Shown here piece by piece: positions 49,756-61,716 of a stretch of 64,000 bases of DNA. This DNA comes from Heteronotia binoei. Its lineage: Eukaryota. The number at the start of each line of letters is the position of its first letter. Position 1 is the first letter of the stretch. The DNA lies in NCBI RefSeq assembly GCF_032191835.1, contig NC_083227.1, forward strand, positions 167,214,001 to 167,278,000, read 5' to 3'. The notes under the pieces are model-generated. The model saw nothing but the letters and a program-made list of their open reading frames with translations. It did no database searches and was not told the origin of the DNA. The translations under genes and the position numbers were made by a program.

Positions 49756-50513
49756 TGTGACGGAACCGGCCCGATTCTGCCTTCAGACCCAGTCCCGTCA
49801 ACTCCCTTTTGAGTCGCCAACTCCTAAAGAGAGCTAATCTTCCCACCAGTAGGGCACGCTGCCACCACCTGTTCAATTTAGGGGTTCCTGACTGAGAGGA
49901 ACAGGACTCCCAATCCCCCTGGCCAGTTCTGTGGCCTCAAGGTCCTCTGCCATCCCAGCACCTGGTTATGACAGAGACCTAAGTCCTTCTTTGGGAGACC
50001 CCTGGAGGACTGGCACCCTTGCCAACTGCATGCCTTCCCTCTTGCAGTCGTGTGGTCTAAGGCAGTTGGGGAAACTTGGTGGTACAGAGGGACTAGCTTT
50101 TAAACAAATAAAACATTTATTTAAAACATGCAGCTATTTACAGGCGTTTTTAAATACGGGGTGAACAGAAATAATGAATGAAAGTAGAGATAAACGCTCC
50201 GTCTTTCCCTAATATGTAACTGGCCCTGAGCAGACCGTCCAGGACCCACTCACCAAGACTCCAATCAAAACTGCTTTTCCCTCCCAAAACCTATAATATA
50301 AAACCCAGTTCCCGCCCAGGAGCTGGTTTCCCCCCTGCAGCCTGCTGGGAGACCAGCCTGAAAGACTTCCTGCCTCTCTCGGAGGCCTCCTCAGAAGTGC
50401 TGCTTCCAGACGGAAGGGGAAGGAGGAAGACTAGGCCAAAGCCTTGCCTAGAGTTTAAGACTCCTCCGGCCAACTCCCAGACAAGCACAGGCCTAAAATG
50501 GTGTTTCTCCACA
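49756..50513 (-). mobile_element. Solo LTR (758 bp), 5-bp TSD
   Basis: TGTG...CACA termini; TSD tgctt at 49751-49755 and 50514-50518; orientation tentative. Confidence 0.75.
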
Positions 50514-50859
50514 TGCTTAATCGGGTTTGCCCTCCAGTGGTTCCTAGGCTTACGCCATGCCTTCCGCACTCAGCTGGCTATGTTGTTTACTGACAGTACC
50601 GTGCACACTATTTGCACACATCAGTTTAGGTCTGAAGCGTGCACTTTCACGCCCTTTGACACAGCTTGCAAAAGACCAAGTTTAAAACCGGTCAGCCTTT
50701 ACACGCCTCGCAGTGCTTTGTTGCACGCGGGCTGGGAGGCCAGCTTTGCCTTTGCACCAATGCAGCCAGAGCACGAAGCGAGATGGACCCCCAGCTCCAA
50801 TCTCAAGGAGAAAGAAACTCCCCCCCCCCGCTTAGGTCACCCCCAGTCGCCTTGGTGAT

Positions 50860-51030
50860 CGTTCCCCTCCGTTTATTATTGGGCAATGACGACAGGGGGA
50901 GGAGCCAAAGTTGCGTCCACCGCCGTTCTCAAAATGCTGACGTGGGTCGCGGCGCGGCTTCCTGCTTCCATATATGGGCAAGGGTGACGAGGGTTTATTG
51001 GCGTTTCCGGGAGTTGGTCCAGGGAGGGGC
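50860..51030. promoter_or_regulatory. Serum response element cluster: CArG + ETS + CRE-like
   Basis: Perfect CArG CCATATATGG 50968-50977; ETS core CTTCCTG 50958-50964; TGACGTGG 50938-50945; further TGACG half-sites; small CpG island. Confidence 0.7.
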
Positions 51031-51387
51031 GGCCGCTTTGCAAACTTCTCTGTTTACGCGCGCGACGAAGCCCTGGCGCAGCAACAGACGCCTTTCACGC
51101 CACTCGCTTGCAGACGTTGCTTGCGAAGTTGGGCGCTGCAGAGACGCCGCGAACTCAGCCGCGGAAGGAGTGAAGTGGCCGCATTCCCTGCGGTGCTCCC
51201 CCCCGCTGCTCACGAGGGAGATGAACAGATGCAATCAGTTGGCACTTGTGGGTGCAGCACTCTAAGGACTGGCCAGTTAAAACGAAGATACAAATCATAA
51301 ATAACAAATCATAAATACAAATACAAAGCATAAATAAATAAATATAGGAAGCATAAAGGCCGTCCTTGATTTCCCAGATGGTACGGA

Positions 51388-52051
51388 TAAGGTTGCCAAT
51401 CCCCAGGTGGGGGCAGGGGATCCCCCCGTTTGGAGACCCTCAACCCCCCCCCCCCTTCAGGGTCATCAGAAAGGGGGGGGGGGAGGGAAGGGAAACGTCT
51501 GCTGGGAACTCTGTTATTCCCTATAGAGATTTATCCCCATAGAAAATAATGGAGGATTGATCTGGGGCTCTGGGGGGGGGCTGTTTTTTGGGGTAGAGGC
51601 ACCAAATTTTCAGTATAGCATCTAGTGCCTCTCCCCAAAATACCCCCCCCTTGTGTTTCAAAACGATTGGATCAGGGGGTCCAATTCTATGAGCCCCAAA
51701 AGAAGATGCCCCTATCCATTATTTCCTATGGAAGGAAGGCATTTTCAGTACAGCATCTAGTGCCTCTCCCCAAAATACCCCTGTGTTTCAAAACGATTGA
51801 ACCAGGGGGTCCAATTCTATGAGCCCCAAAAGAAGGTGCCCCTATCCATTATTTCCTATGGAAGTAAGGCATTGAAAAGGTGTTGCTGTCCCTTTAAATG
51901 TGATGGCCAGAACTCCCTTTGGAGTTCAATGATGCTTGTCACAGCCTTGCTCTTGGCTCCACCCCTAATGTCTACTGGCTCCACCCCCAAAGTCTCCTGG
52001 CTCCACCCCCAAAGCCCCCAGATATTTCTTGAATTGGACTTGGCCACCCTA
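51388..52051 (+). mobile_element. hAT-type MITE, same family, with internal duplication
   Basis: Starts taaggttgccaatcccc, ends ttggccacccta; no clean TSD. Confidence 0.8.
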
Positions 52052-52644
52052 AATCAGAGGCGCACTTGCGGATTGGGCAGCAAGCAAGACAAGCTAAAAT
52101 CGCCACCTTCCTAAATGTGCATTGAAAGAACAGGAAAACCCCGTTTTTTAAACCCCCCCAAACCCAACCCCAGTGTTCAGCCGTTCTAACCCTGCGTGAA
52201 AAGACCCAAGCCCTCCGCCCTCCTCCCGCACCCTCGCTGAAGTAGGCGAGAAAGAGGCAGAAAAGAATGAATGGGAAGCCCCAGGAGGATGTGCAGCTAT
52301 TCTTGGCCGGGTTTCCGGCGTGTGACGCCTTGGCCACTGCCGGGAAGCTGGAGCGGGGCGGAGCGAAAGACGCGAGCCCGCAAAGCAGCCAGCAGCCCAG
52401 GCAGTCTCTCCCCAGCCAACCCCTGCGGGGGACTTTCTTCTCGCCCGGCTCCTCCTTGTAGGAAAGGCCGGTTCCACTGCGGGAGGTGGGCGGGGGAAAT
52501 CCGATCAGGGGAAGGCAGAGGCGCCTGCAGTCAAAGCGGCTCCCCGAGTCGCAGGGAGAAAAGCCTGGGGCGCTCGCCACGCACGTGCGGGCAGCCCCCT
52601 CCGTGTTTCCGCAGGAGACTCGACGCGACTGCCTCCAGCAGTCA
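52052..52644 (+). promoter_or_regulatory. CpG island, inferred former STX10 promoter / 5'UTR
   Basis: CpG-rich; becomes contiguous with the STX10 exon-1 remnant once the hAT MITE at 52645-53139 is removed. Confidence 0.6.
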
Positions 52645-53139
52645 TAGGGTTGCCAAGTCCAATTCAAGAAATATATGGGGACTTTGGGGGTGGAGCCAGG
52701 AGACTTTGGGGGTGGAGCCAGGGACAAGGGTGTGACAAGCACAAGGGAGTTCTGGCCATCACATTTCAAGGGACTGAACACCTTTTAAATGCCTTCCTTC
52801 CATAGGAAATAATGAAGGATAGGGGCACCTTCTTTGGGGGCACATAGAATTGGACCCCCTGGTCCAATCTTTCTGAAACTTGGAGGGTATTTTGGGGAGA
52901 GGTACCAAATGCTACGCTGCAAATTTGGGGCCTCTACCTTAAAAAACAACCCCCCCAGAGCCCCAGATACCAGCAGATCCATCTCCATTATTTTCCATGG
53001 GAATAAATCTCCCTAGGGAATAAAAGAGTTCCCAGCAGATATTTCCCTCCCCTCCCCCCGCTTTCTGATGGCCCTGAAGCGGGGGGAGGGCCTCCAAACT
53101 GGGGGATCCCCTGCCCCCACCTGGGGATTGGCAACCCTA
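52645..53139 (-). mobile_element. hAT-type MITE, same family, opposite orientation, perfect 8-bp TSD
   Basis: TIRs tagggttgccaa / ttggcaacccta; TSD agcagtca at 52637-52644 and 53140-53147. Confidence 0.92.
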
Positions 53140-53150
53140 AGCAGTCAGCA

Positions 53151-53185
53151 GGGTCTCTGCAAGACCCATTCTTCGTGATGCCCCT
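53151..53185 (+). pseudogene. STX10: STX10 exon 1 remnant
   Basis: GGG TCT CTG CAA GAC CCA TTC TTC GTG ATG = (G)SLQDPFFVM versus human MSLEDPFFVV; no ATG at the start position and no GT donor at the expected position. Confidence 0.7.
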
Positions 53186-53301
53186 CTCCCCAGCACGGCA
53201 CAGCACAGCGCAGCCCTTGGGCGGCTAGTGGGGATTTCAGCCATAGCAAGTAGACCAGCACCACATTGTTGGAAGATATGAGTCATCCTGAAATCTCCAG
53301 G

Positions 53302-54758
53302 CTCAGCTGCTCCGGAAGCCGTCTGGTTCCCCCCTAGAGAAGTTGTGTCCATTTTAAAAATTCTTCAGAAACTCCTTGGAACACATTTGTAACGCAGGCT
53401 TTGGTTTTCTTTCGATCTAGAAGCTGGCCCTGAACTTTAGGTGCCAAACTTCAGAGTTTTTGTATTTGAATGACCATATTTTCTAATCATTGCTACCACA
53501 AAATCTCTTCACAGTTTCTTGTCATTTTAAACTATGGCAGAAGTCTCAGCTGCTCCGGAAGCCGTCTAGTTCCCCCCTAGAGAAGTTGTGTCCATTTTAA
53601 AAATTCTTCAGAAACTCCTTGGAACACATTTGTAACGCAGGCTTTGGTTTTCTTTCGATCTAGAAGCTGGCCCTGAACTTTAGGTGCCAAACTTCAGAGT
53701 TTTTGTATTTTAATGACCGTATTTTCTAATCATTGCTACCACAAAATCTCTTCACAGTTTCTTGTCATTTTAAACTATGGCAGAAGTCTCAGCTGCTCCG
53801 GAAGCCGTCTAGTTCCCCCCTAGAGAAGTTGTGTCCATTTTAAAAATTCTTCAGAAACTCCTTGGAACACATTTGTAACGCGGGCTTTGGTTTTCTTTCG
53901 ATCTAGAAGCTGGCCCTGAACTTTAGGTGCCAAACTTCAGAGTTTTTGTATTTTAATGACCATATTTTCTAATCATTGCTACCACAAAATCTCTTCACAG
54001 TTTCTTGTCATTTTAAACTACGGCAGAAGTCTCAGCTGCTGCGGAAGCCGTCTAGTTCCCCCCTAGAGAAGTTGTGTCCATTTTAACAATTCTTCAGAAA
54101 CTCCTTGGAACAAATTTGTAACGCAGGCTTTGGTTTTCTTTCGATCTAGAAGCTGGCCCTGAACTTTAGGTGCCAAACTTCAGAGTTTTTGTATTTTAAT
54201 GACCGTATTTTCTAATCATTGCTACCACAAAATCTCTTCACAGTTTCTTGTCATTTTAAACTATGGCAGAAGTCTCAGCTGCTCCGGAAGCCGTCTAGTT
54301 CCCCCCTAGAGAAGTTGTGTCCATTTTAACAATTCTTCAGAAACTCCTTGGAACAAATTTGTAACACAGGCTTTGGTTTTCTTTCGATCTAGAAGCTGGC
54401 CCTGAACTTTAGGTGCCAAACTTCAGAGTTTTGTATTTTAATGACCATATTTTCTAATCATTGCTACCACAAAATCTCTTCACAGTTTCTTGTCATTTTA
54501 AACTATGGCAGAAGTCTCAGCTGCTCCAGAAGCCGTCTAGTTCCCCCCTAGAGAAGTTGTGTCCATTTTAAAAATTCTTCAGAAACTCCTTGGAACAAAT
54601 TTGTAACACAGGCTTTGATTTTCTTTCGATCTAGAAGCTGGCCCTGAACTTTAGGTGCCAAACTTCAGAGTTTTTGTATTTTAATGACCGTATTTTCTAA
54701 TCATTGCTACCACAAAATCTCTTCACAGTTTCTTGTCATTTTAAACTGTGGCAGAAGT
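53302..54758. repeat. 243-bp minisatellite, 6 copies
   Basis: ctcagctgc starts at 53302, 53545, 53788, 54031, 54274 and 54516; units nearly identical; the ORF track shows no ORF across the array. Confidence 0.97.
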
Positions 54759-55989
54759 GTTGTACTATGTGTAGCTGCAACTGTGGTTGGTTGCCGTCAC
54801 CATAACCTCCCCCTTGTAACCACTACAACAAAAAACTAACCTCTAATCTAATCTGCCCCCAATTCCTCATAATTCCAGTGTTGCTTTGAAAATCTCAGTT
54901 TAAATGAATACTGGAGGCAGTACAGAAAGCATCTGGTTAAGAAATGAAATTATCCACCACTACTTAATTTTTATTTATTTTTGCGCATTTATAGTCTGCC
55001 CTTTCCCAGGATGGGCTGTGGGCGGATTACAACACAATAAAAGTTAAAATTGAACAGTAAAACGATTAAAAAATTAAACAGTTAAAACCATTAAATAAAA
55101 TGAAATAAGGCGGCGTCAACAGTGTAAACATCATTCACAGATTGAGAGACAGGCGTAATGGTGTCAATTTAAATTTACATGCAAAGCGGCAATGACAAGT
55201 ACTTAATGCATGTTCGTTTTGGGGTCATACAAGAAAACATATTGATGCAAAATTATAAACAAGGTTGTATTTCCACTGAGATTGCTGAAAGACATGGCAA
55301 TAAAGTTGTTCCTGAAAATACCAGCTGCCACAAGTTTCTAGATGACCCAGTGCCTAGGATTTGTCAAAGCCTGTCGTATGGCACAGGGGGCATCCATGGC
55401 ATCAAAAAAACCAGGGTAACACAATGTATACATCACGCTGTACAAAGCACTTTTTTAAGGTTGCCAGACACCCTTAAAGGACTTAATATTGGGATAACGT
55501 CGTCCATGAGAAGTTATGGACCCAGTGTGGCTATGCTTTTTGTGAAAGCTTTAATTGTCCATCAGAACAAATTTGGTAAGTGCTGCCTGTGCTTTCCAAA
55601 CTAGGTGTCTTTGTTTGTTTGCCATTGCTACTCTGAAAACAAACTGATTTTATTTATTTACTTATTTTATTCGATTTATATCCCGCCCTCCCTGCCAGAG
55701 CAGGCTCATTCAGTAGTCCAGTAGACTAGCTTATCCATTTAACAGTGGAATCATAAGGGACTGGAACGACCATTTGGAAGTAGTGGCTTCCTTTCCAACT
55801 TTTATAGTGAACTGGGAATAAGACCCAATGTTGAAATAAATACAATAGGCTCTAGAAGGAAGCTCTAGATGAGTGCCCTGGACTTGGGCACTCCGCGTCT
55901 ATTTGCTGTGAAGCTCAGCATTCCTTTTGTCTGCGGTGCGTTGTTGCCACCTTTTCCTGTCATATTCGGCCTTTTGTTCAAAGGATTTC

Positions 55990-56585
55990 TGGTCTTTTGA
56001 AAGATACCAAGGACTTCATAAATAAAATCAAGAATGTCCACATACCTACAGAAAGTCTCATAGTGACACTAGATGTGGTATCGTTATACATTATCATTCC
56101 TCACAAGGAGGGAAGGTTATGCCTCCAGGACACATTGGGAAAAAAGAACAGAAAAAAACCCACCCTCTTTCTTTTTGATGGAACTTATAGATCTTATTTT
56201 GGAAAAGTTATTTTAGGTTTCAGGAAGATTTTTTTCTCCAGATAAAAGGCATTTTGATGGGCAGTGCGGTGGCGCCTAGCCTGGCCAATATTTTTATGGC
56301 CAGGTTAGAGGAACAGTACATTCGTAATTTGGCCACTAATCCCTTTTATGGAAATATATCTTTGTATTTTTGGTTTATAGATGATATTTTTCTTGTATAT
56401 AGTAATTTAGTGAATGTACAGGAATTCTTTGATTGGCTGAATACTATTCATTTATCAATTAAGTTTACCGGAACAGCTATGAGACACAGTTTGAATTATC
56501 TTGACACTTTTGTTTTTCGGACGGGAGAGGATAGGCTGGCAGTGAGACCATACACTAAGACAACAGACAGGAATTCATATTCACG
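55990..56585 (+). mobile_element. Penelope-like element reverse transcriptase fragment
   Basis: KDTKDFINKI, TLDVVSLY..IPH, MGSAVAPSLANIFM, FIDDIF, KFT, YLD, YTKTTDRNSY; frameshifted. Confidence 0.85.
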
Positions 56586-57140
56586 ATTTACAAGGCTGTG
56601 TTTTCTCCTTTCCTGGACCCCTTTTATCTTGTTACAGCATTTTGAACATTGTGGTCTATGCTTTTAACCTAATTTGCTACCACAATAAACTTCCTGTTTT
56701 ACAGAGCGAGAGCAAACAGTGAAGACTCAGAAGGTAATTTGTGTCAGAATTAAGATCTCACAGGTTCAGTACTCTCACCACTAGACCTGGAGCTAGTTCT
56801 GCTTATCTCTTTCACACACACTACTTTTAATGCACTTTAGCAATTGTCTGCAAATTGATTTTGCCATTTTACAGAGTAAAATCCAGTTGCACGTGGGATT
56901 GGAAGTGCATTATTCAGCGTGTGTGGAAGCGTGTGTGATTCCTATCCTCAGTGCATACCTAAACTGAGAAAAGAAGCAATAGAGAATCCCAAGTCCGTGA
57001 GCATTGGATCTTATGGACTATAGCCAGTATATCCAGATGTATTGGTAATGCACACTGCACGTTTACTCAGGAGTGAATCCTACTGAACACAGTTTGATCT
57101 GGGCAAGTGTGCATAGGATTACACTGCTAGGGTTTTTTAA

Positions 57141-57419
57141 TGAAGAAGAAGAAGATATTGGATTTCTATCCCGCCCTCCACTCCGAAGAGTCTCAGAGCG
57201 GCTCACAATCTCCTTTACCTTCCTCCCCCACAACAGACACCCTGTGAGGTGGGTGGGGCTGGAGAGGGCTCTCACAGCAGCTGCCCTTTCAAGGACAACC
57301 TCTGCCAGAGCTATGGCTGACCCAAGGCCATTTCAGCAGGTGCAAGTGGAGGAGTGGGGAATCAAACCCGGTTCTCCCAGATAAGAGTCCGCACACTTAG
57401 CCACTACACCAAACTGGCT
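57141..57419 (-). mobile_element. tRNA-head SINE (second family)
   Basis: Same sequence as 31085-31365. Confidence 0.8.
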
Positions 57420-57784
57420 CTTAACTGGAGCCTTAACTGGAGCCTTACCTCATTCACATAATGTGTTTTGAATGCCTAGAACGTGGTAAGCAGCAATGAA
57501 TGGAAGATGTTCACAGTACATTTCCCTAACTGCTCAGTACTAAGTAACCAGTGTACATACCTGGCACTGGTCAGAGGGATTTGGCTTCAAGGTAGGCTTG
57601 AGAAAGCACTTTTTAGTTTAATTAGAAGTTTGCCACGAAACATGTTATCTAATTGTTTATGCCATTGCTACTGAACACTCCCATAATTCCTACTGGAGTA
57701 GATCATAACATGAGAGAATGTTGCTCAACATCAAATTGTTCTTATTGCTGGGGTGTGTGCGATTAATTTATTGTTTATTTTTAT

Positions 57785-58440
57785 CCTCTTTTTCACATAT
57801 TAAAGCTTTATTGTAAATTCAAAGATACAATTCTTTGTTAGTAATTTCTGTCTTGTATACATAGTCAACCATAGCAAAATAAAACATGTCTTTACAACAT
57901 AGCTGGTTACTTAGCTTAATTCAACCATATAACAGTTGTTTTACCATTAAATCAGTATATTACACTTACTGTGTCAAGAAAAGCTGCATAATTGTCATGT
58001 GATGCCAAGCTTTCAAGGAAGGGAAACCAAATAGTTTCGAAAAGGGAATTGTGACAAGCAGAGTCTGGATTTGAATTCGAGTCCTTTGATTTGTCTAATA
58101 TACAGAATCCCTGTAGAGTGGTGAACCAGTTTGCTATTGTTAATGGTTAAGGGTTTTCCATGAGGAGGCTATGAGAAACCTGGCTGCTGCACAGAAATAT
58201 TTCAATAGAGGTATTTTGGACATTTTGACAGGATAGAAAGACCGTAAGTTTAATAGAAATATTTCTGGTCGCAAGGGGATGCGAATATTCAAACAAACAT
58301 TCCTTTTTGGGCAGTGCTGCATGGCAATGAATACAATAATCAGAAATTGTATAAATAATAAAATAACAGCATTATTTTTTTTTTGTTTAGGGAAATTCAT
58401 CATCAACATTAAGGATTCTGGAAACTATCCACCTTCAAGA
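57785..58440 (-). mobile_element. L1/Tx1-like LINE 3' fragment
   Basis: RPEIFLLNL and AAARFLIASSWK resemble L1 ORF2 C-termini; AT-rich 3' end with minus-strand AATAAA. Confidence 0.5.
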
Positions 58441-58579
58441 TCACCATCCTCCGGTTCTACAGTTCTCTATCCAGCATAGTGTTTCATTGGCACCTTCCAA
58501 AGCAGCCATTTTCTCCAGGTGAACCAATGTCTGTCACATGGTGATAAACTGTAATAGTGGCAGATCTCCAGCCACCCTG

Positions 58580-60960
58580 TTATTTATTATTTATTTATTA
58601 TTTATTACGTTCCATTTCTATCCCACCCTCTTTGCAAGCGGACTCAGGGCGGCTAGCAATCAATAGTATAATACAATTTTAAAAACCAGTAAAATACAGT
58701 TTAAAACATTTTTAAAAACATTTTGTGGGGCTGTACAATTTTTGGTATGGCGGGATCTTTCTTCTTGCTGTTAGTGTAACTTCTCAGCGAAGTGAGGTGG
58801 CAGTTCTTCCCGGTTAGGTGTTGAAGGCCTGCCAAAACAGTTCAGTTTTGCAGAACCTGTGGAATTGAGAAAGGTCCCGTAGGGTCCTTATGGCCTCCGG
58901 GAAGTATTCCACATTTCTGGAGCTGCCACCGAGAAGGCCCTAGCCCGTGTGGAACAGAGCCTGGCTTCCTTTGGTCCGGGGATGGACAAAAGGTTTTGTG
59001 TCCCTGAATGCAATGTTCTCCAGGGAACGTGGAGAAATGCAGTCCCGTAGATAGGCAGGGCCACCCTCCATAAAGGGCTTTAAAGGTCAAAACCAACACC
59101 TTGAAATGGACTTGGAACACAATAGGTAGCCAGTGCAGTTCTTTCAGCACTGGCCAAATGTGCTCCCATCTAGGGAGCCTCATTAACAGCCGCGCTGCAG
59201 TGTTCTGCACTAGCTGTAGTCTCTGAGTCAGGTTCAAGGGTAGCCCCATGTAGAGAGCATTACAGTGATCTATTCTTGAGGTGACTGTGGCACGGATCAC
59301 CATAGCTAAGTTGTCATGTTCCAGAAAAGGGGCCAACTGCCATACCCGCCGAAGACGGAAGAAGGCGGATTTGGTAGTGGCTGCTATCTGGGCCTCCATT
59401 GTCAAAGAGGACTCCAGGAGCACTCCCAAGCTTTTGACCTTAGGGGCCAATATCAGTGACACCCCATCAAGAGCCGGCAAAGGGATCCCCCTTCCTGGGC
59501 CACCCCGGCTCAGATGGAGAACCTCCGTCTTCGTCGGATTCAGCTTCAACCGACTCAATCTGAGCCAAGCTGCTACGGCTTGAAGAGCCAGGTCTAGATT
59601 TTCCGGGGTACAGTCAGAGTGACCACCCATCAACAGATAGAGCTGGGTGTCATCTGCATATTGGTGACATCCCAGCCCATACCTCCTGACAATCTGGGCA
59701 AGGGGGCACACGTAGATGTTAAATAACATCAGGGACAGAACTGCGCCCTGTGGCACACCACATGTAAGTAGGTGTCTTTGGGATGATTCTTCCCCTATCA
59801 CCACCCTTTGTCCCTGACCTTGGAGAAAAGAGGCCAACCACTGAAAGGCAGACCCCTGGATCCCCACGATGGCAAGGCAGCTAGACAGTAACTGATGGTC
59901 AACCGTGTCAAATGCGGCTGACAGATCTAATAATAACAGTACTAAGCTGCCCCGATCCAGATGTCGTAGGAGGTCATCCATGAGGGTGACCCAAACCGTC
60001 TCCGTCCTGTGACTTGACCAAAAGCCAGACTCTAATGGATCCAGTGTGGAAGTGTCATCCAGGAATCCCTGTAGCTGAATCGCCACCGCCCGCTCTATGA
60101 ACTTTCCCAAAAAGGGAAGGTTTGACAACGGCCGATAGTTTGCCAATACCGCCAGGTCTGCAGATGGTTTTTTCAAAAGGGGACGGACCACAGTCTCTTT
60201 AAGAGGCGTGGGAAAGATCCCTTCTACGAGGGATCTATTGACAGTAACCTGCAGTGGCTCACGTAGCGTTACCTGGCTAGCTTTTATAAGCCAGGATGGG
60301 CACGGGTCCAACCTACAGGCAGTAGGGCGTACAGCTAAAAGAATCCTGTCAACCTCCTCCAGGCTGAGTGGAGTGAAGGAATCCAGAAACAGACCGGAAG
60401 ATGTGCTCAGTGCCTTGAGTTCCTGCACTGTATCAATTGCGGTGGGGAGGTCGTGGCAGAGCTACGAGACCTTATCTGCGAAAAAACTCGCAAAAGCCTC
60501 ACAGCCAATTTCCAATTCTCTAAAGTTTGGTTTACCTTGTGGTGAAGTTGTTAGTGACTGAATTATGCTAAATAATTGGGCTGGGTGTGAGGTCGCAGAC
60601 ACAATCCAGGACACAAAATAAGCCTTCTTTGTGCCCTGGGCTACCATCTCATAGGTGTGCATAAATGACCCATAAGATGTTCTCATAGCTTCATCCCGAG
60701 TACGTCGCCACTGCCTCTCTAGTTGTCTTAGTTTCCGTTTCATCGATCGCAGCTGCGGGATATATCACAGTGCGGATCGTGAACGGGAGTGAAGAGGACG
60801 TTGAGGAGCAATCTCGTTGATGGCTATTCCAGATCTCCGCAAGCTCATCCAACGAGTCCCCAGAGGGCCAGGGATCCCACAAAGCCATTTGAAGCCACAT
60901 TGGGTCCATCTGGCTTTGCAGGCGAGCCACAACTTGCTCACTGCCTAAACCCTAGGGCAG
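58580..60960 (-). mobile_element. L2-clade LINE, long 3' fragment with RT domain
   Basis: 528-aa ORF 58842-60428: NYRPLSNLPFLGK, LLLLDLSAAFDTVDH, GVPQGAVLS, QYADDTQLY, LKLNPTKTE; 3' UTR and (ttat)n tail near 58590. Confidence 0.93.
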
Positions 60961-61214
60961 AGCTGCACCACTCATGACCCTCCAAATCAAATACAGTCCA
61001 ACAAACCACTTACAGAGGCCGGGCTCAAGAGACCGTTTATGCTGCTGCTTGTCTGAGACTGCGCTAGAAAAAAGGACAGCTTGTCAAGCAACGGGGCTGA
61101 TTGGCAGCATTCCATTAGGTGTTCACGTGTTGTGTAGACTTGAAGTGGAAAGGCAACACCTAGTCCTAGTTCCCTTGCCCCCTCATTCTGCAAGCCTCTT
61201 TTTTTGCTCCACAG

Positions 61215-61331
61215 TGAGATTCAGAAAACTCACTGGTGTCAGCACAGAGGAATTTGACTGGATGACCAATGAACTCTGCAACAGTTTGCACGACATTGAC
61301 TGGGACTTGGAGGATCTGGAGAAAGCCATTT
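61215..61331 (+). pseudogene. STX10: STX10 exon 2 remnant (117 nt; 170 nt expected), followed by U12 donor
   Basis: ccacag|T GAG ATT CAG AAA ACT (EIQKT ~ EVQKA); after a frameshifting gap reads VSTEEFDWMTNELCNSLHDIDWDLEDLEKAI ~ [29 protein letters not shown]; entry frame hits TGA; followed by ATATCCTTT. Confidence 0.88.
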
Positions 61332-61623
61332 ATATCCTTTTGTGGCTGGTACCCTATGGAAATGGGCTGGAGTTGTGGGAATTGGTCTCCTGGTATTGCA
61401 ATCGCTTCAGTTTTCTGTCTTCATTGTGTTCTGCTTGGTGCTGGAATAGCAGGGAATTGTTTGGGCACTGCTGTCTACGAAGTCCATTGCTGGAAGTGGA
61501 AGGGAAATATATACAAGAATGCTCCTGCTGTGGGAAGGGCCTCTTGGAGAACTACAGAATGTTTGTAATCTTTACCCTCAAAGCTGAATGACTCAAAGCT
61601 CTTTGCACTTTACTTATGCACAC

Positions 61624-61716
61624 ACACTGTGGAGTCAAACCCACAAGTTCGAAGTTGAGCCCTCTGAGGCAGCAGCCCGGCGTGCTTTCATCACAGAGAT
61701 GCAAGGATCGGTTAAG
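61624..61716 (+). pseudogene. STX10: STX10 exon 3 remnant (93 nt; 95 nt expected)
   Basis: TVESNP, then a 2-nt deletion, then KFEVEPSEAAARRAFITEMQGSVK|gtgagt ~ IVEANPGKF...RKVFVERMREAVQ; preceded by AC. Confidence 0.85.

Noticed and set aside
50397-52781. ORFs of 150-270 aa around the SRE and STX10 promoter
   Set aside because: They span LTR, MITE and CpG-island boundaries and show no coding signature.
55130-55620. 141-aa ORF or degraded LINE C-terminus
   Set aside because: Only vague minus-strand resemblance to LINE ends; the family cannot be supported without a search.
60974-61591. 205-aa ORF as an intact syntaxin-like gene
   Set aside because: Only about 31 aa resemble STX10; the rest is intron read-through and the true exon entry frame hits a stop.
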